Part shown: one piece after another, positions 1 through 9,689 of the stretch
How the letters are laid out: each line of letters starts with the position of its first letter
How positions within the stretch are numbered: position 1 is the stretch's first letter
Assembly (NCBI GenBank): GCA_051294375.1
Contig: JBJCIZ010001004.1
Coordinates: 1-27,315 of the forward strand
Length of the DNA: 27,315 bases
Origin: Paraspadella gotoi
Taxonomy: Eukaryota > Animalia > Chaetognatha
Direction: 5' to 3'
The notes under the pieces: generated by a model
Databases searched by the model: none
Told to the model about the DNA's origin: nothing
The model's input: the letters and a program-made list of their open reading frames with translations, nothing else
Made by a program: the position numbers and the translations under genes

Positions 1-589
1 GTAATACTTTTTTTGATAAACAACAAATAAATGATAAAGTCGATCGCCAAGAAAGATGGATATAAGTTATAAGTTACAACGATAGTACAATAATGGTTGC
101 ACAAGATAATAATCACAGTAAAGTGTGGATCCAGAAACGCGGTATATCATAATGTATATAAAAATGAGACATAAAATAAGAATAAAAATAAGAATAATAA
201 AATAAGACGAAAATTTTGCGGCAACCATCTTGTGGAAATGTTTCTATGTTTTATAGCAATCGGTTAGGAACTTGTTCAGTCAGCTCCCGACACGTGAGCA
301 TGTGGTTTTGTGGCATGTGGTGCTGCTGCTGCTGCTGGAGCCGCAGCGACCTCTGTGCAAAACCAAAACCAAGACAAGACTCGACCTTAAAGGGAACAAA
401 AGTCATTCAATTAACAAATCAATTATTTTCCTGTTTCAATATCTAAATGCTATGAATATTTAATAATAAACATGACAAATAAACTGATAAACATGATCAT
501 TAGTCAATTAGTCAATAACAGATAAACATGATCATTATCAATGTAAAATCTTAATTTTAACCTTCAGGGCAATAGAATAAATTTTATCA

Positions 590-668
590 AAGCTTAATCA
601 GAATACGACAATATGCAAATGAGATTGAAGCCTTATCAGAATACGAGAATATGCACATGAGATTGAAG
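590..668. repeat. Tandem duplication of a ~38-bp unit
   Basis: TCAGAATACGA(C/G)AATATGCA(A/C)ATGAGATTGAAG occurs twice, back to back. Confidence 0.8.
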
Positions 669-1044
669 AACTTCGATCTCATCTGAAATAATCCACAAAT
701 TAATTGGCTACATATATATATAATATATATAATTTAATATATTTATAAATGGTACTAATTGGCCAGAGAAACAATTATAAACATTAAAGGCGCCCCCAAA
801 CCCAAGATACTGACTTCTTCTTTCTCTTCGTCTTCCCTCTCAATGGGTTTCTTCAAGTAAAATTGATATGACAAGAAATAATAATGATAAAATGATATTA
901 TTTTTAGCAGGTCATAAATAAAAATAATGAGATAAATTAATGGCTTAATTTTATATTCGCCGAATGGGATTTTGCGCTCGGTTAATTGTTTTTTTATAAC
1001 TTTATTAAGGTAGAAAACTTTTTATTACAAATTTTATTTCGAAA

Positions 1045-1112
1045 CTCCCCTAACCCTAATTACTTTTAGTCCCTAACCCTAACTACCCTAATCCCTAACC
1101 ACCCTTAATCCA
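1045..1112 (-). repeat. Degenerate telomere-like repeats (CCCTAA on + strand)
   Basis: CCCTAACCCTAA ... CCCTAACCCTAACTACCCTAATCCCTAACC. Confidence 0.8.
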
Positions 1113-1216
1113 ATTGCCAACCGTTAAAATATAACATAAAAATATTGTTTTTCCATTTCATTTATTTGTTTGAGGTATAAAATGTATTTTGTTTATGAGT
1201 TTATTAAGAAACATAA

Positions 1217-1264
1217 ATTTTCGGACACGTTTCGACTTTAATGTAAGCTTCATCAGCGCAAAAA
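1217..1264 (-). ncRNA. Minimal type I hammerhead ribozyme (Penelope-type, palindromic stem III)
   Basis: Minus strand reads ttttgcg-CTGATGA-AGCTT(acatta)AAGTC-GAAA-CGTGTC^cgaaaa. The catalytic core is complete (CTGATGA at 1256-1250, GAAA at 1233-1230), with stem II, a quasi-palindromic ACGTGT stem III, a GTC cleavage triplet (1226-1224) and a bulged stem I. Confidence 0.65.
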
Positions 1265-1370
1265 CGAATTGATTTATGAAACAAATATTTTCGCAGACTC
1301 TCTCTTTCTTTAAAGTTTAAACTTCAAAGTCTGTGAAAATATTTGTTTTATAAATCAATTCGTTTTTGCT

Positions 1371-1401
1371 CTGATGGTTTACATTGAATCCGAAACATGT
1401 C
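1371..1401 (+). ncRNA. Degenerate minimal hammerhead ribozyme copy
   Basis: CTGATG-gtttacattgaatcc-GAAACATGTC, with a perfect ACATGT palindrome. It lacks 2 nt (including core A9) relative to the minus-strand copy and stem I is broken, so it is probably inactive. Confidence 0.5.
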
Positions 1402-1404
1402 CTG

Positions 1405-1763
1405 ACATTAACCTTAATGAACTTAACTCAACACAAACTGCTCACCTTACTACTACAACTCACCCTAATCCCTAACACCACCTCAACTCAACCCTAACCG
1501 TAAACAACCTCAACTTAACCTAATCCACTTTAGTTTAGGCAAATAACCTAATTTGGATGCTTAATAGAGTTCAGTGCCAAATCACGACATCACCGACGAT
1601 TTAGCAGTGAACTACATCTAGCATTCTAGTTTAATGATTTTGCCTAAACTAAACTAAAATTGACAAGTAGGAGTAGGGTTAGGTTTAAGGTGGCTTAGGT
1701 TTGAGTAGTTTAGGGTATGGGTTAAGTTCAGTTTAGAGTTAACGTTATTATCAATTTTAGGGT
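1405..1763. repeat. Foldback with telomere-like arms (C-rich left arm, hairpin core, G-rich right arm)
   Basis: TTAGTTTAGGCAAA (~1530) pairs with TTTGCCTAAACTAA (~1640), and AGTTCAGTGCCAAATC pairs with GATTTAGCAGTGAACT around ~1590. The left arm has CCCTAA/ACTCAACCC variants and the right arm has TTAGGG/GGTTTGAGTAG variants. Confidence 0.7.
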
Positions 1764-2297
1764 TACAAGCGCCGGTAGAAAAGCACTGTCATTTGCAAAC
1801 CCATGAAGATTTTTCAATGTTAAATATGAATTTAAAAGTAAAAACCCAAACTATTCATATATGCAAATTTTATCAGAATCGACTTTGATATGTCTCAGTA
1901 ATGATAGCAGGAAGATGGATTTGAAAATCGTCTCTAATTTTTAAACTCACTTTTTTTAGATTTCATTTTTTCTCTTACTTTCAGTAAGTTTTCTGATAAA
2001 TTTGAAAGTAAATATTATTAATATTATTATTTTCTGAAAGCCCTTTCAAATCTAAAGAGAATGACGTACTTTACGAAATACTGTAGTATAAATTTAACTG
2101 GCCAGCATTATTTATTAGGATACTCAAAACAAGACATCTTTTAAAAATCAATAGCTGGAGAATAAATTTATGATTTTTATCAAATTGTGATTGGCTATCT
2201 TAAATCCTTTTTTTTCAGGCTCTGTTCCATGATACTTATATAAATAATAATATTTTATGTTATAATAATTTAAACAGGTCCATATCAGTATATAAGG

Positions 2298-2587
2298 TGA
2301 TAGACAGACGCGGGTCTATTACCCCTCCTTATCATTCACCTCCTCTTCATCCTCCCTCCCAGGGATTCGGCCGCGTTCACGAGATTCAGTTCACCTTTCT
2401 CTCTTCTCCTACTCGTCTCTCTCCCTTTTTTCTTACCGCTCATTTTTGTCTTCATATAGATTTTCCTTCCGTCAATATATTAGTTTCCCGCATTTCGTCA
2501 CTTTACTTCCGGTTAGGATACTCTTTTCAGAGTGGCGCGCCAATGTGGGGCTCGAACCCACGACACCTACCCTACCCTCTACCGACT
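2298..2587 (+). mobile_element. LTR retrotransposon fragment: putative LTR (TG...CA, 2298-2529) followed by a tRNA-Lys primer-binding site
   Basis: A CT-rich, GC-elevated block begins TGATAG and ends CTTTTCA. After a 3-nt spacer comes TGGCGCGCCAATGTGGGGCTCGAACCCACGAC, near-complementary to the CCA end and T-arm of eukaryotic tRNA-Lys(CUU). The LTR 5' boundary is inferred. Confidence 0.7.
2533..2587 (+). promoter_or_regulatory. Extended, bipartite tRNA-Lys primer-binding site (tRNA-Lys relic with encoded CCA on the minus strand)
   Basis: 2533-2564 complements the acceptor 3' strand and the whole T-arm (1 insertion and 1 substitution vs the canonical TGGCGCCCAACGTGGGGCTCGAACCCACGAC). 2577-2587 CTCTACCGACT complements the D-arm sequence AGUCGGUAGAG. 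Confidence 0.75.
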
Positions 2588-3009
2588 ATATATTTTGAAA
2601 AAGATTTAAAATTATAAAATAATTCACTTTTGACACTCTTAATTGAAACCAAGGCTGAGCAGCTTACTTTTTATTTTAGAGCTTTCGTAAAGATAGTATC
2701 ATTCCCTTCATATTTTTAAGGGCTTTCTGAGGATAATAATATTGTTAATATTTTAATAAATACTTTGTTATAAAAGTTAAAAAAAAAAAGAATTTAAAAC
2801 AGTGAGTTTGGAAAATGAAACCCTATTTGAAAGCTAACTTTCTCCACTCATTGTCAAGGCATATCTTAACTGATCAATATAAAATTTTAACACATAAATG
2901 GTTTTAGTATTTTCTACTTAACTAATTTTTAAAAATCATGGTTTGCAAATGACAGCGTATTTCTATCGGCGCTTGTAAAATTGTCACCAGGTAGAGTATG
3001 TGTTGTTAA

Positions 3010-4587
3010 TGTTTAGAGTTAGGGTTGAGTAGTTTAGGGTTCGGGTAGGGTTGAGTAGGGTTAGGATTGAATAGTTTTAGGGTTTGGGTGGAATAGTTTA
3101 GGTTTTGGGTTAGGGTTGAGTAGTTTGGGTTAGAGTTGAGTAGTTTAGGGTTTGGTTTGAGTATGTTATGGTTGAGTAGTTTAGGGTTGGTGTTAGGTTG
3201 AGTTGTTTAGGGTTTGGGTTAGGGTTGAGTAGTTTAGGATTGGGGTTAGGGTTGAGCAGTTTAGGGTTAGGGTTGAGTAGTTTAGGATTCGGGTTAGGGT
3301 TGAGTAGTTTAGGATTGGGGTTAGGGTTGAGCAGTTTAGGGTTAGGTTGAGTAGTTTAAGGTTGGATTGAGTAGTTTAGGGTTTGGGTTAGGGTTGAGTA
3401 GTTTAGGATTGGGTTAGGGTTGAATAGTTTAGGATTTGGGTTAGGGTTGAGTAGTTTAGGTTGAGTAGTTTAGGGTTGAGTTAGTTTAGGGTTAGGGTTG
3501 AGTAGTTTAGGGTTTGGGTTAGGGTTGAGTAGTTTAGGATTGGGGTTAGGGTTGAGTAGTTTAGGGGTTAGGTTGAGTAGTTTAAGGTTTGGGTTGAGTA
3601 GTTTTAGGATTCGGGTTAGGGTTGAGTAGTTAGGATTGGGGTTAGGGTTGAGTAGTTTAGGGTTAGGGTTGAGTAGTTTGGTTCGGGTTAGGGTTGAGTA
3701 GTTTAGGGTTTGGGTTAGGGATGAGTAGTTTAGGGCTCGGTTAGGGTTGAGTAGTTTAGGGTTTAGGTTAGGGTTGAGTAAGTTTAGGTTTGGGTTGAGT
3801 AGTTTAGGGTTTGGGTTAGGGTTGAGTAGTTTAGGGTTTGGGTTAGGGTTGAGTAGGGTTGGGATTGAATAGTTAGGGTTTGGGTTGAATAGTTAGGTTT
3901 TGGGTTAGGGTTGAGTAGTTTAGGGTTCGGGTTAGGGTTGAGTAGTTTAGGATTCGGGTTAGGGTTGAGTAGTTTAGGATTGGGGTTAGGGTTGAGTAGT
4001 TTAGGATTCGGGTTAGGGTTGAGTAGTTAAGGATTGGGGTTAGGGTTGAGTAGGGTTGTGGATTGAATAGTTTAGGGTTTGGGTTGAGTAGTTTAGGGTT
4101 TGGTTAAGCTTGAGTAGTTTAGGGTTAGGGTTGAGTAGTTAGGGTTCGGGTTAGGGTTGAGTAGGGTTAGAATTGAATATTTTAGGGTTGAGTAGTTTAG
4201 GGTTAGGGTTGAGTAGTTTAGGATTGAGGTTAGGGTTGAGTAGTTTTAGGTTTCGGGTTAGTGGTGAGTAGTGTTAGGATTCGGTTAGGGTTGAGTAGTT
4301 TAGGGTTAGGGTTGAGTAGTTTAAGGTTTTGGGTTAGGGTTGAGTAGTTTAGGGTTAAGGTTGAGTAGTTTAGGGTTTGGGTTGAGTAGTTTTAGCGTTG
4401 AGTAGTTTTAGAGTTAGGGTTGAGTAGTTTAGGATTCAGGTTAGGGTTGAGTAGTTTAGGATTCGGGTTAGGGTTGAGTCGTTTATGGTTCAGGTTAGGT
4501 TTGAGTAGTTTAGGATTCGGGTTAGGGTTGAGTAGTTTAGGGTTGAGTAGTTTAGGGTTAGGGATGAGTGGTTAGGATTTGGGTTGA
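3010..4587 (+). repeat. G-rich telomere-like minisatellite with 15/21/27-nt units containing TTAGGG
   Basis: A core GGGTTGAGTAGTTTA is interleaved with 0-2 hexamers (GGGTTA, GGGTTT, GGATTC, GGATTG) over ~1.6 kb. The + strand is almost devoid of C. Confidence 0.95.
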
Positions 4588-4769
4588 GGCACGGAGATGC
4601 ACGGGAGGCCCGGGTTATGGTTGGGGGAGAGGCACGCAGTTGAATAGGAGGCCCGGGGAACTGGGAAATTAAATAATTATTTTACTTGAAAATTATATAC
4701 AATACCATAATTATCTCTATAAAATTTTTATTCTCGACAGCTTTATTCTAATGCACATAACTGAAACCG

Positions 4770-5340
4770 TAAATTAGGGTTAGGGTTGGGATTTTGTTTA
4801 GGGTTGGGCTCGGGAGATTAGTGAGAGGGAAATAGGTTTTATAACTCATACTGTCAGCTCGGGTTAAAATGGTTTTTAGTTTAGGGTTAAAGTTATGGAG
4901 ATGATGTCCATAATTTAAACCCTAATAAGGAGGTTAGGTAAACGTAAATATTTTCTATAACCCTAAGCTAGGGTTATGATTATAATTTACCTTAGGGAAA
5001 GGGTTTTTTTATTCTAGTAAACCTTACCCTATTTGTATGTCTCGCTAAGTTGCCATTATAGCAAAGCCCTGAAAACATGGCCAGCAGTTATCATTTCACT
5101 TTTGTTAATGTACTAGAACCACCATAACAATAACAAAAATTGTAAGGACAATGTTATTTCAGGAAAATTTTGCATTCACTGTTTAGGATTTTACATTCAA
5201 AAATGTTTTTCTCGATTCTTTCGATAATGTATAAAAATATCATTACATGGGGGAAAAACTTTTTTATAGACCTTAACCTTAACATCCTAAGTACTCTTAC
5301 CATTCACCACTTAAAACCTTAACTACCCCTAACCCTTTGC
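4770..5340. repeat. Scattered degenerate TTAGGG then CCCTAA motifs
   Basis: TTAGGGTTAGGGTTGGG (~4775) and TTAGGGTT (~4880, ~4970), followed by CCTTAACCTTAAC and CCCCTAACCC (5270-5336). Confidence 0.5.
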
Positions 5341-5559
5341 CAATACATGAGAAAGTCGTTATGACTGTGGTTAGAATGGTACATTTCCCTTGGGATTGAT
5401 TGAATGAAGTTAGAAGTGAAACAATATAAATATAACGCCACAATATACAGGGTAGTCATTCAAAACTTAAAAAAACCGTATCACTTTTTTCCGTATCTTT
5501 TTTTTTTATTTTGCTACGCAGTGGGTGCATTTAAAGAAAAAAAATTTAATTGAAGATAA

Positions 5560-5712
5560 TTAACCAGTCCTTGTTTTAACTATTAATGCAATGCGACAAG
5601 CACTGCTGCAAAAACCACTCCTGCCACAGCACAGAGTCCCAACTCCATCAGATATTGCTTTCATAAGCTCACAGAGATGGCACTCAACCAGACAGGCTGA
5701 TACAGTGTGAAC
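5560..5712 (-). pseudogene. Isolated Cys-rich coding-like segment resembling an MYM/FCS-type zinc finger
   Basis: A stop-free minus frame reads SACLVECHLCELMKAISDGVGTLCCGRSGFCSSACRIAL, i.e. CxxC-x19-FCSxxC. It is a GC-elevated island with no start codon or partner exons identified. Confidence 0.3.
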
Positions 5713-6981
5713 TTAAGCATCTTAGAATTGCTTTTATTAATTAAGGTTAAAATAGGTCTTGTTAAACGAGAGAAGGTTGCGTTTTATATATCACGTTGGG
5801 CTAACCAATTTGTGGCGACTCTCAAATGATTATATAAGGCAAAAAATAATAAGTTTTCGCGATCAAATATTTACATGTAATGGTTCAAAAACCACGGCAA
5901 ACAAATAAAATATAACAATAACAGATAATTACAGAATTAGCGTTTGTAACGCTCAACAGTAGGTAAACGGTTACGTGGGTGAGGAATTTTACTCCACTAA
6001 ACGGTTGAGTGGTGAAATTCACCAGTGGTGAATGGTAAGGTCACCGTCGTCGGTTTGTTGTCGTCTTCGTCATTTGCCGCCAAAACCGAGGTCGGCGAAA
6101 GTAAAATTTATTATTTTATAAGATTATTACTACAAATATATTATATTTTACTATTCTGTTCCCGAGACAATATGAAAAAAATATTTTTTGTTCATAGTTA
6201 CTACATCTAAATGTCCTTATTCGACCATTCAAATATTTTTTTGTTCTCGAGTACTCCACTATTACATGTCTTCATTTATCAAAAATCTGCCTAAAATTAT
6301 GCAGTTTTATTGAACATCCATAATTGTAGGTTTAAGAGGGTATATATTTTATACATTGGACAGGCTATAATGGTCTCCAACTCTACGTCCTTACAGATAA
6401 TAAGACCAGCAAGCGTTCAAACCAAACAAGTTTAATGACTCCGAAACTATCTGGCTTTCCAATTAATTTAATGATAAAATATTATAAAGAATGTTTCAAT
6501 TTTATAATATCACTTTAGTGTAGAATTGGGTAGTGCTACTTTTATGTCTATAATATACTCTGCAATAGCATTGAATTACAAACCGACTATTCTGAATTGG
6601 GCATAACCAATATAAAAATTATCTATTCATTTAATAAATAAAATGATAAAATTTTACTATTAATAATAGGGTAGTCTGGTAATTTTTTATTTTTATTAAG
6701 ACAATTTTTTTTCACGTGCTGTAATGTAACATACATTGTTAGCTTTCATATGATACCTCACATGATGCATTAAAATTATTTTATGATAGCATTATGACAT
6801 AAAAAAAATTTTGATAATTTTTTTCTGCCAGGCCTCGTAGACACAGCTAAATCTTATATTTACATTTGTAATAATTGGGACTAATAAATTTTGATATATT
6901 CTGTCTATAACGACTCAATGTTGATCTTCAGTATCATAAATATTGACGAAAATAGTTTTTTTAAATTAATTTATATTGAAA

Positions 6982-8165
6982 TTTTTTGTCAGAATTGATT
7001 TTAAGCAGATCCCGACTCTATAATTCACTTTGTCGGTCCGCCCCCTCAATATTGTCGGGCACACAATTATATCATGTCAGAACATCGAATTATGATAAAT
7101 TATGCAAAAAAAATGATGTCCGTTCGTCTTTAGCAAAAAACTCTAATTACTCGTGATTGGATGGATGGATTGGTATAAAATTTTGTATGTGGGTAGGAAA
7201 CTGTGCGATTGAGATGGATATGAAGTTTCGAGGGAATCGTGCGAGTGGAAATTGGTTTTGTATTGGCGTTCGCGATGCGCAACGCGGGCGTCGCCGTAGG
7301 GACAGGACGGCTCAACGTTCGACGGCAGAGATTTCGACATCAGAGTCCCAAGTTTCCTGATTCGTGACGGAACGTCGCGACGACGACGACAACGATTAAT
7401 ATGAAGAAGAAAGCAAATATCTGGAAAAGTCAGAGGCAGTTGCCTCGTTAAGCCGCGATGTCGAACGTTTTCACGTTGCTTTTAAAGTGTTTTTATCGTT
7501 TTTAAATCATTGTTTGTTTTGAAACAACCATCGCCTATTGCATCAATATCAATAAACATTTTAAAACATCGTTGGATTCTCGGTCGTCGTCTACGAGAAA
7601 GTCAGCAAAAATAAACAATTTTGTTATTAAACCGAGGCAGCTCAAACAGGTTTAAATGGAAAAAACAAAAAAATATATTTCAATATTTAAACGCCAATTG
7701 CTCATGAGTGGATAGGGCAATTGACTTGAAATTCTGTATGATGGTAGGAAAGTGTGTGATTGAGCGGGATATAAAGTTTCGATGGAATCGTGCGAGTGGA
7801 AATGAGTTAAAATGGAAAAAACGAAAAAAAGTCATATTTACTTGAAGTATTTTTACTTAAATTTACTCATAATTATTATGTTTATTAAAAATTGGATAGA
7901 TAAATCGAAATTGAATTTTGTGTGTGGGTAGGAAAGTATGTGATAAAGCTGGATATAAATTTTTTGATGGAATCGTCGGAGTGGAAAAGAATTTAAATTA
8001 GAAAACCAAAAGACACATTTATTTGAATTTTTTAAAGTTTCTTTTTCTCTATCTCTCTGATTGATTGATTGACCAAATTATCTTAATTGACCAAATTATG
8101 CAAGTTGACCAAGATAGCTTATTACCACTTAATTATCGTAGGCAGATCCGACATTTTTTGCTCGT
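6982..8165 (+). mobile_element. Non-autonomous Helentron-like (HINE/DINE-1-type) element
   Basis: The 5' end has a T-run, then a degenerate subterminal palindrome TGTCAGAATTG...GCAGATCCCGAC followed by TCTATAATTCACTTTGTCGGTCCG. GCAGATCCGAC recurs near the 3' end (8142-8152). There are internal direct repeats. No clear 3' hairpin was found. Confidence 0.45.
7150..7990 (+). repeat. Three diverged ~100-bp direct repeats
   Basis: GGTAGGAAA.T.TG.GAT..AG..GGATAT.AA.TTT..A.GGAATCGT..GAGTGGAAA at ~7150-7255, ~7700-7805 and ~7890-7990. Confidence 0.85.
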
Positions 8166-8171
8166 CTTTCA

Positions 8172-8712
8172 TTAATTCAAATAAATATACAGCGGTCATG
8201 CACTGATTCCGATTCTGTTGGGTTTAGCCTATCTTTCAAGCACATAACGAAAAAAATAACGACGTCATAATAAGAAATAATAGCAATCATAATTATTCCA
8301 AATTTTTTCTCAAAATTTATTATCATTTTTGTTTCCGACTAAAAATTCATTGATATCAGTCTCAATAAGAAGCCTTGAAATACCTCATTTTCTTCGTAAT
8401 TTACCCCTTTATTGATAAGGGCCTTGTATTATAATAAAAAATGAAAACAATAATTTAACCATACAGCTTCATGTATTAGCATGTTATTGAAAGATTGTAA
8501 TTGTTTTTTAATAAATCTTTTTTATATTAATATAGCTAATGGGCATTATGCAATGGTTTTAATTTTCATCTGAAGATGACCACAATTTAAAAATCTGATA
8601 ATACAGTCTTTTAGCCCTATGTCAGTAGTTTTTAAATCAGGGGGATCAAAGTTTGAACTCATAAATTTTCATATTTAAATAATATGTTTTTTAAGGTTGC
8701 TACATGATTTTT
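8172..8712 (+). repeat. Dispersed ~540-bp repeat, copy 1 (probable non-autonomous DNA transposon)
   Basis: A collinear reverse-complement copy lies at ~21998-22668, sharing e.g. CCGATTCTGTTGGGTTTAGCC, CCATACAGCTTCATG and AGTCTTTTAGCCCTATGTCAGTAGTTTTTAAATCAG. Confidence 0.85.
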
Positions 8713-9315
8713 TACTTCAGATTTGAATTCCTCAAACGCATGTGATTGAACAATGTTATCGCAATAACAATTTTATTAATTTTATCTTGGTCTGTTTTTT
8801 CCTTCACTAACCAGTAAACAACACATCGAAGATTGTTTTAATAAGCAGTACAGATATTGTAACAAACAATGAGTTTGACAAAAAGTTTAAGAGAACTATT
8901 GGTTCAACAATTTAATGAAATAAAATAATAACAATCAATAATTCAGTTTAATCTAAATTTAAAAGAAGGTCCAGCTCTTTCAAGAAGCGGTGAAGCGGTA
9001 AAACAGAAAGAAAAACAGTTATTTCGATCTTACAGATTCTTAGCTTATAATCGTTTACACTATATACGTTCACATTATACAAATTTACCATCTTAAAAAT
9101 AATCTATTGTCCTATCATTACGCACTCATGTGTAGCACACGCCTCTAAATATTTAATTTTGGAGTAATAATAATAATATAATAATAATAATGGAGTACTA
9201 AAAAATCACTAATCCTACAAAATTTAAAAAAATAATTATACTTAACTTTTTATATTTTAATAAATTTTAATTTATTTTTTAAATTAAAAATAATTAATAT
9301 AAAATAATTTTTAAA

Positions 9316-9445
9316 GGCTGTTATAAAGAGGCGCGTTTTTTTGCACATGACTGTACTACAGACGTTCCAAAGTCTGGGGTCTTTGTGTGCAATGGATGTA
9401 AACTGCACTATCTTTGAGATCATGAATTTAACACACGCTTAATCT
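9316..9445 (+). pseudogene. Decayed C2H2/C2HC-like zinc-finger exon
   Basis: After TTTTTAAAG the frame reads GCYKEARFFAHDC...VFVCNGCKLHYL*DHEFNTRL. This fits F-x-C-x2-C-x3-Y-x5-F-x2-(H>R) spacing, with an in-frame TGA. Confidence 0.3.
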
Positions 9446-9689
9446 TGCCTGTTTTTTCGCACAGGCTTAAATGCTATTGGGTCAACAATCTCTTGCCTTT
9501 AAGGCTGTATTAACGTAATATCACTACCCGTTGGATATAACTATTCCATCAACACCATAATAACGCATGGATCTGGCAAAAGAGTGATGGGCCGGTTAAA
9601 CCACCTGTAGCAATCCTACCGCTGGAGCCGAAGTTCCGGAAAGCAAGGCAACTGACAAAAAAATATCCGTTACCCTGCGGTAGAGCATT

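Larger units (their letters stand above)
1195..1430. mobile_element. Inverted repeat of two hammerhead-bearing arms (Penelope-like element inverted pLTR relic)
   Basis: 1223-1299 is the reverse complement of 1328-1402 with scattered mismatches, and weaker similarity continues outward. Each arm ends in a CTGATG..GAAAC(G/A)TGTC motif. Inverted, hammerhead-containing terminal repeats are characteristic of Penelope-like elements. Confidence 0.6.
1766..2975. mobile_element. Non-autonomous long-TIR (foldback) DNA transposon with TA target duplication, Tc1/mariner-like
   Basis: TA|CAAGCGCCGGTAGAAAAGCACTGTCATTTGCAAACCCATG at the left end and CATGGTTTGCAAATGACAGCGTATTTCTATCGGCGCTTG|TA at the right end. 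Inverted similarity continues for ~340 bp (1766-2106 vs 2655-2975). The element interrupts the G-rich telomere-like tract. Confidence 0.8.

Noticed and set aside
216-463. Short ORFs with poly-Cys/poly-Leu
   Set aside because: They arise from a (TGC)n microsatellite, with no domain or splice support.
2533-2587. Functional tRNA-Lys gene on the minus strand
   Set aside because: It lacks the 5' acceptor strand, a full A box and the anticodon arm, and CCA is encoded.
2297-2617. 106-aa ORF
   Set aside because: It overlaps the CT-rich LTR-like block and PBS, and the translation is compositionally spurious.
3010-4587. CRISPR-like array, or a canonical telomere
   Set aside because: There are no unique spacers and no cas genes, and the context is eukaryotic. 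The array is interstitial in this window and is not a pure hexamer tract.
5446-5470. TACAGGGTAGTC Tc1/mariner-like terminus
   Set aside because: No matching inverted partner was found in the window.
8570-8600. CTGAAGA hammerhead-like core
   Set aside because: No downstream stem II-GAAA or cleavage triplet; it is part of a dispersed repeat.
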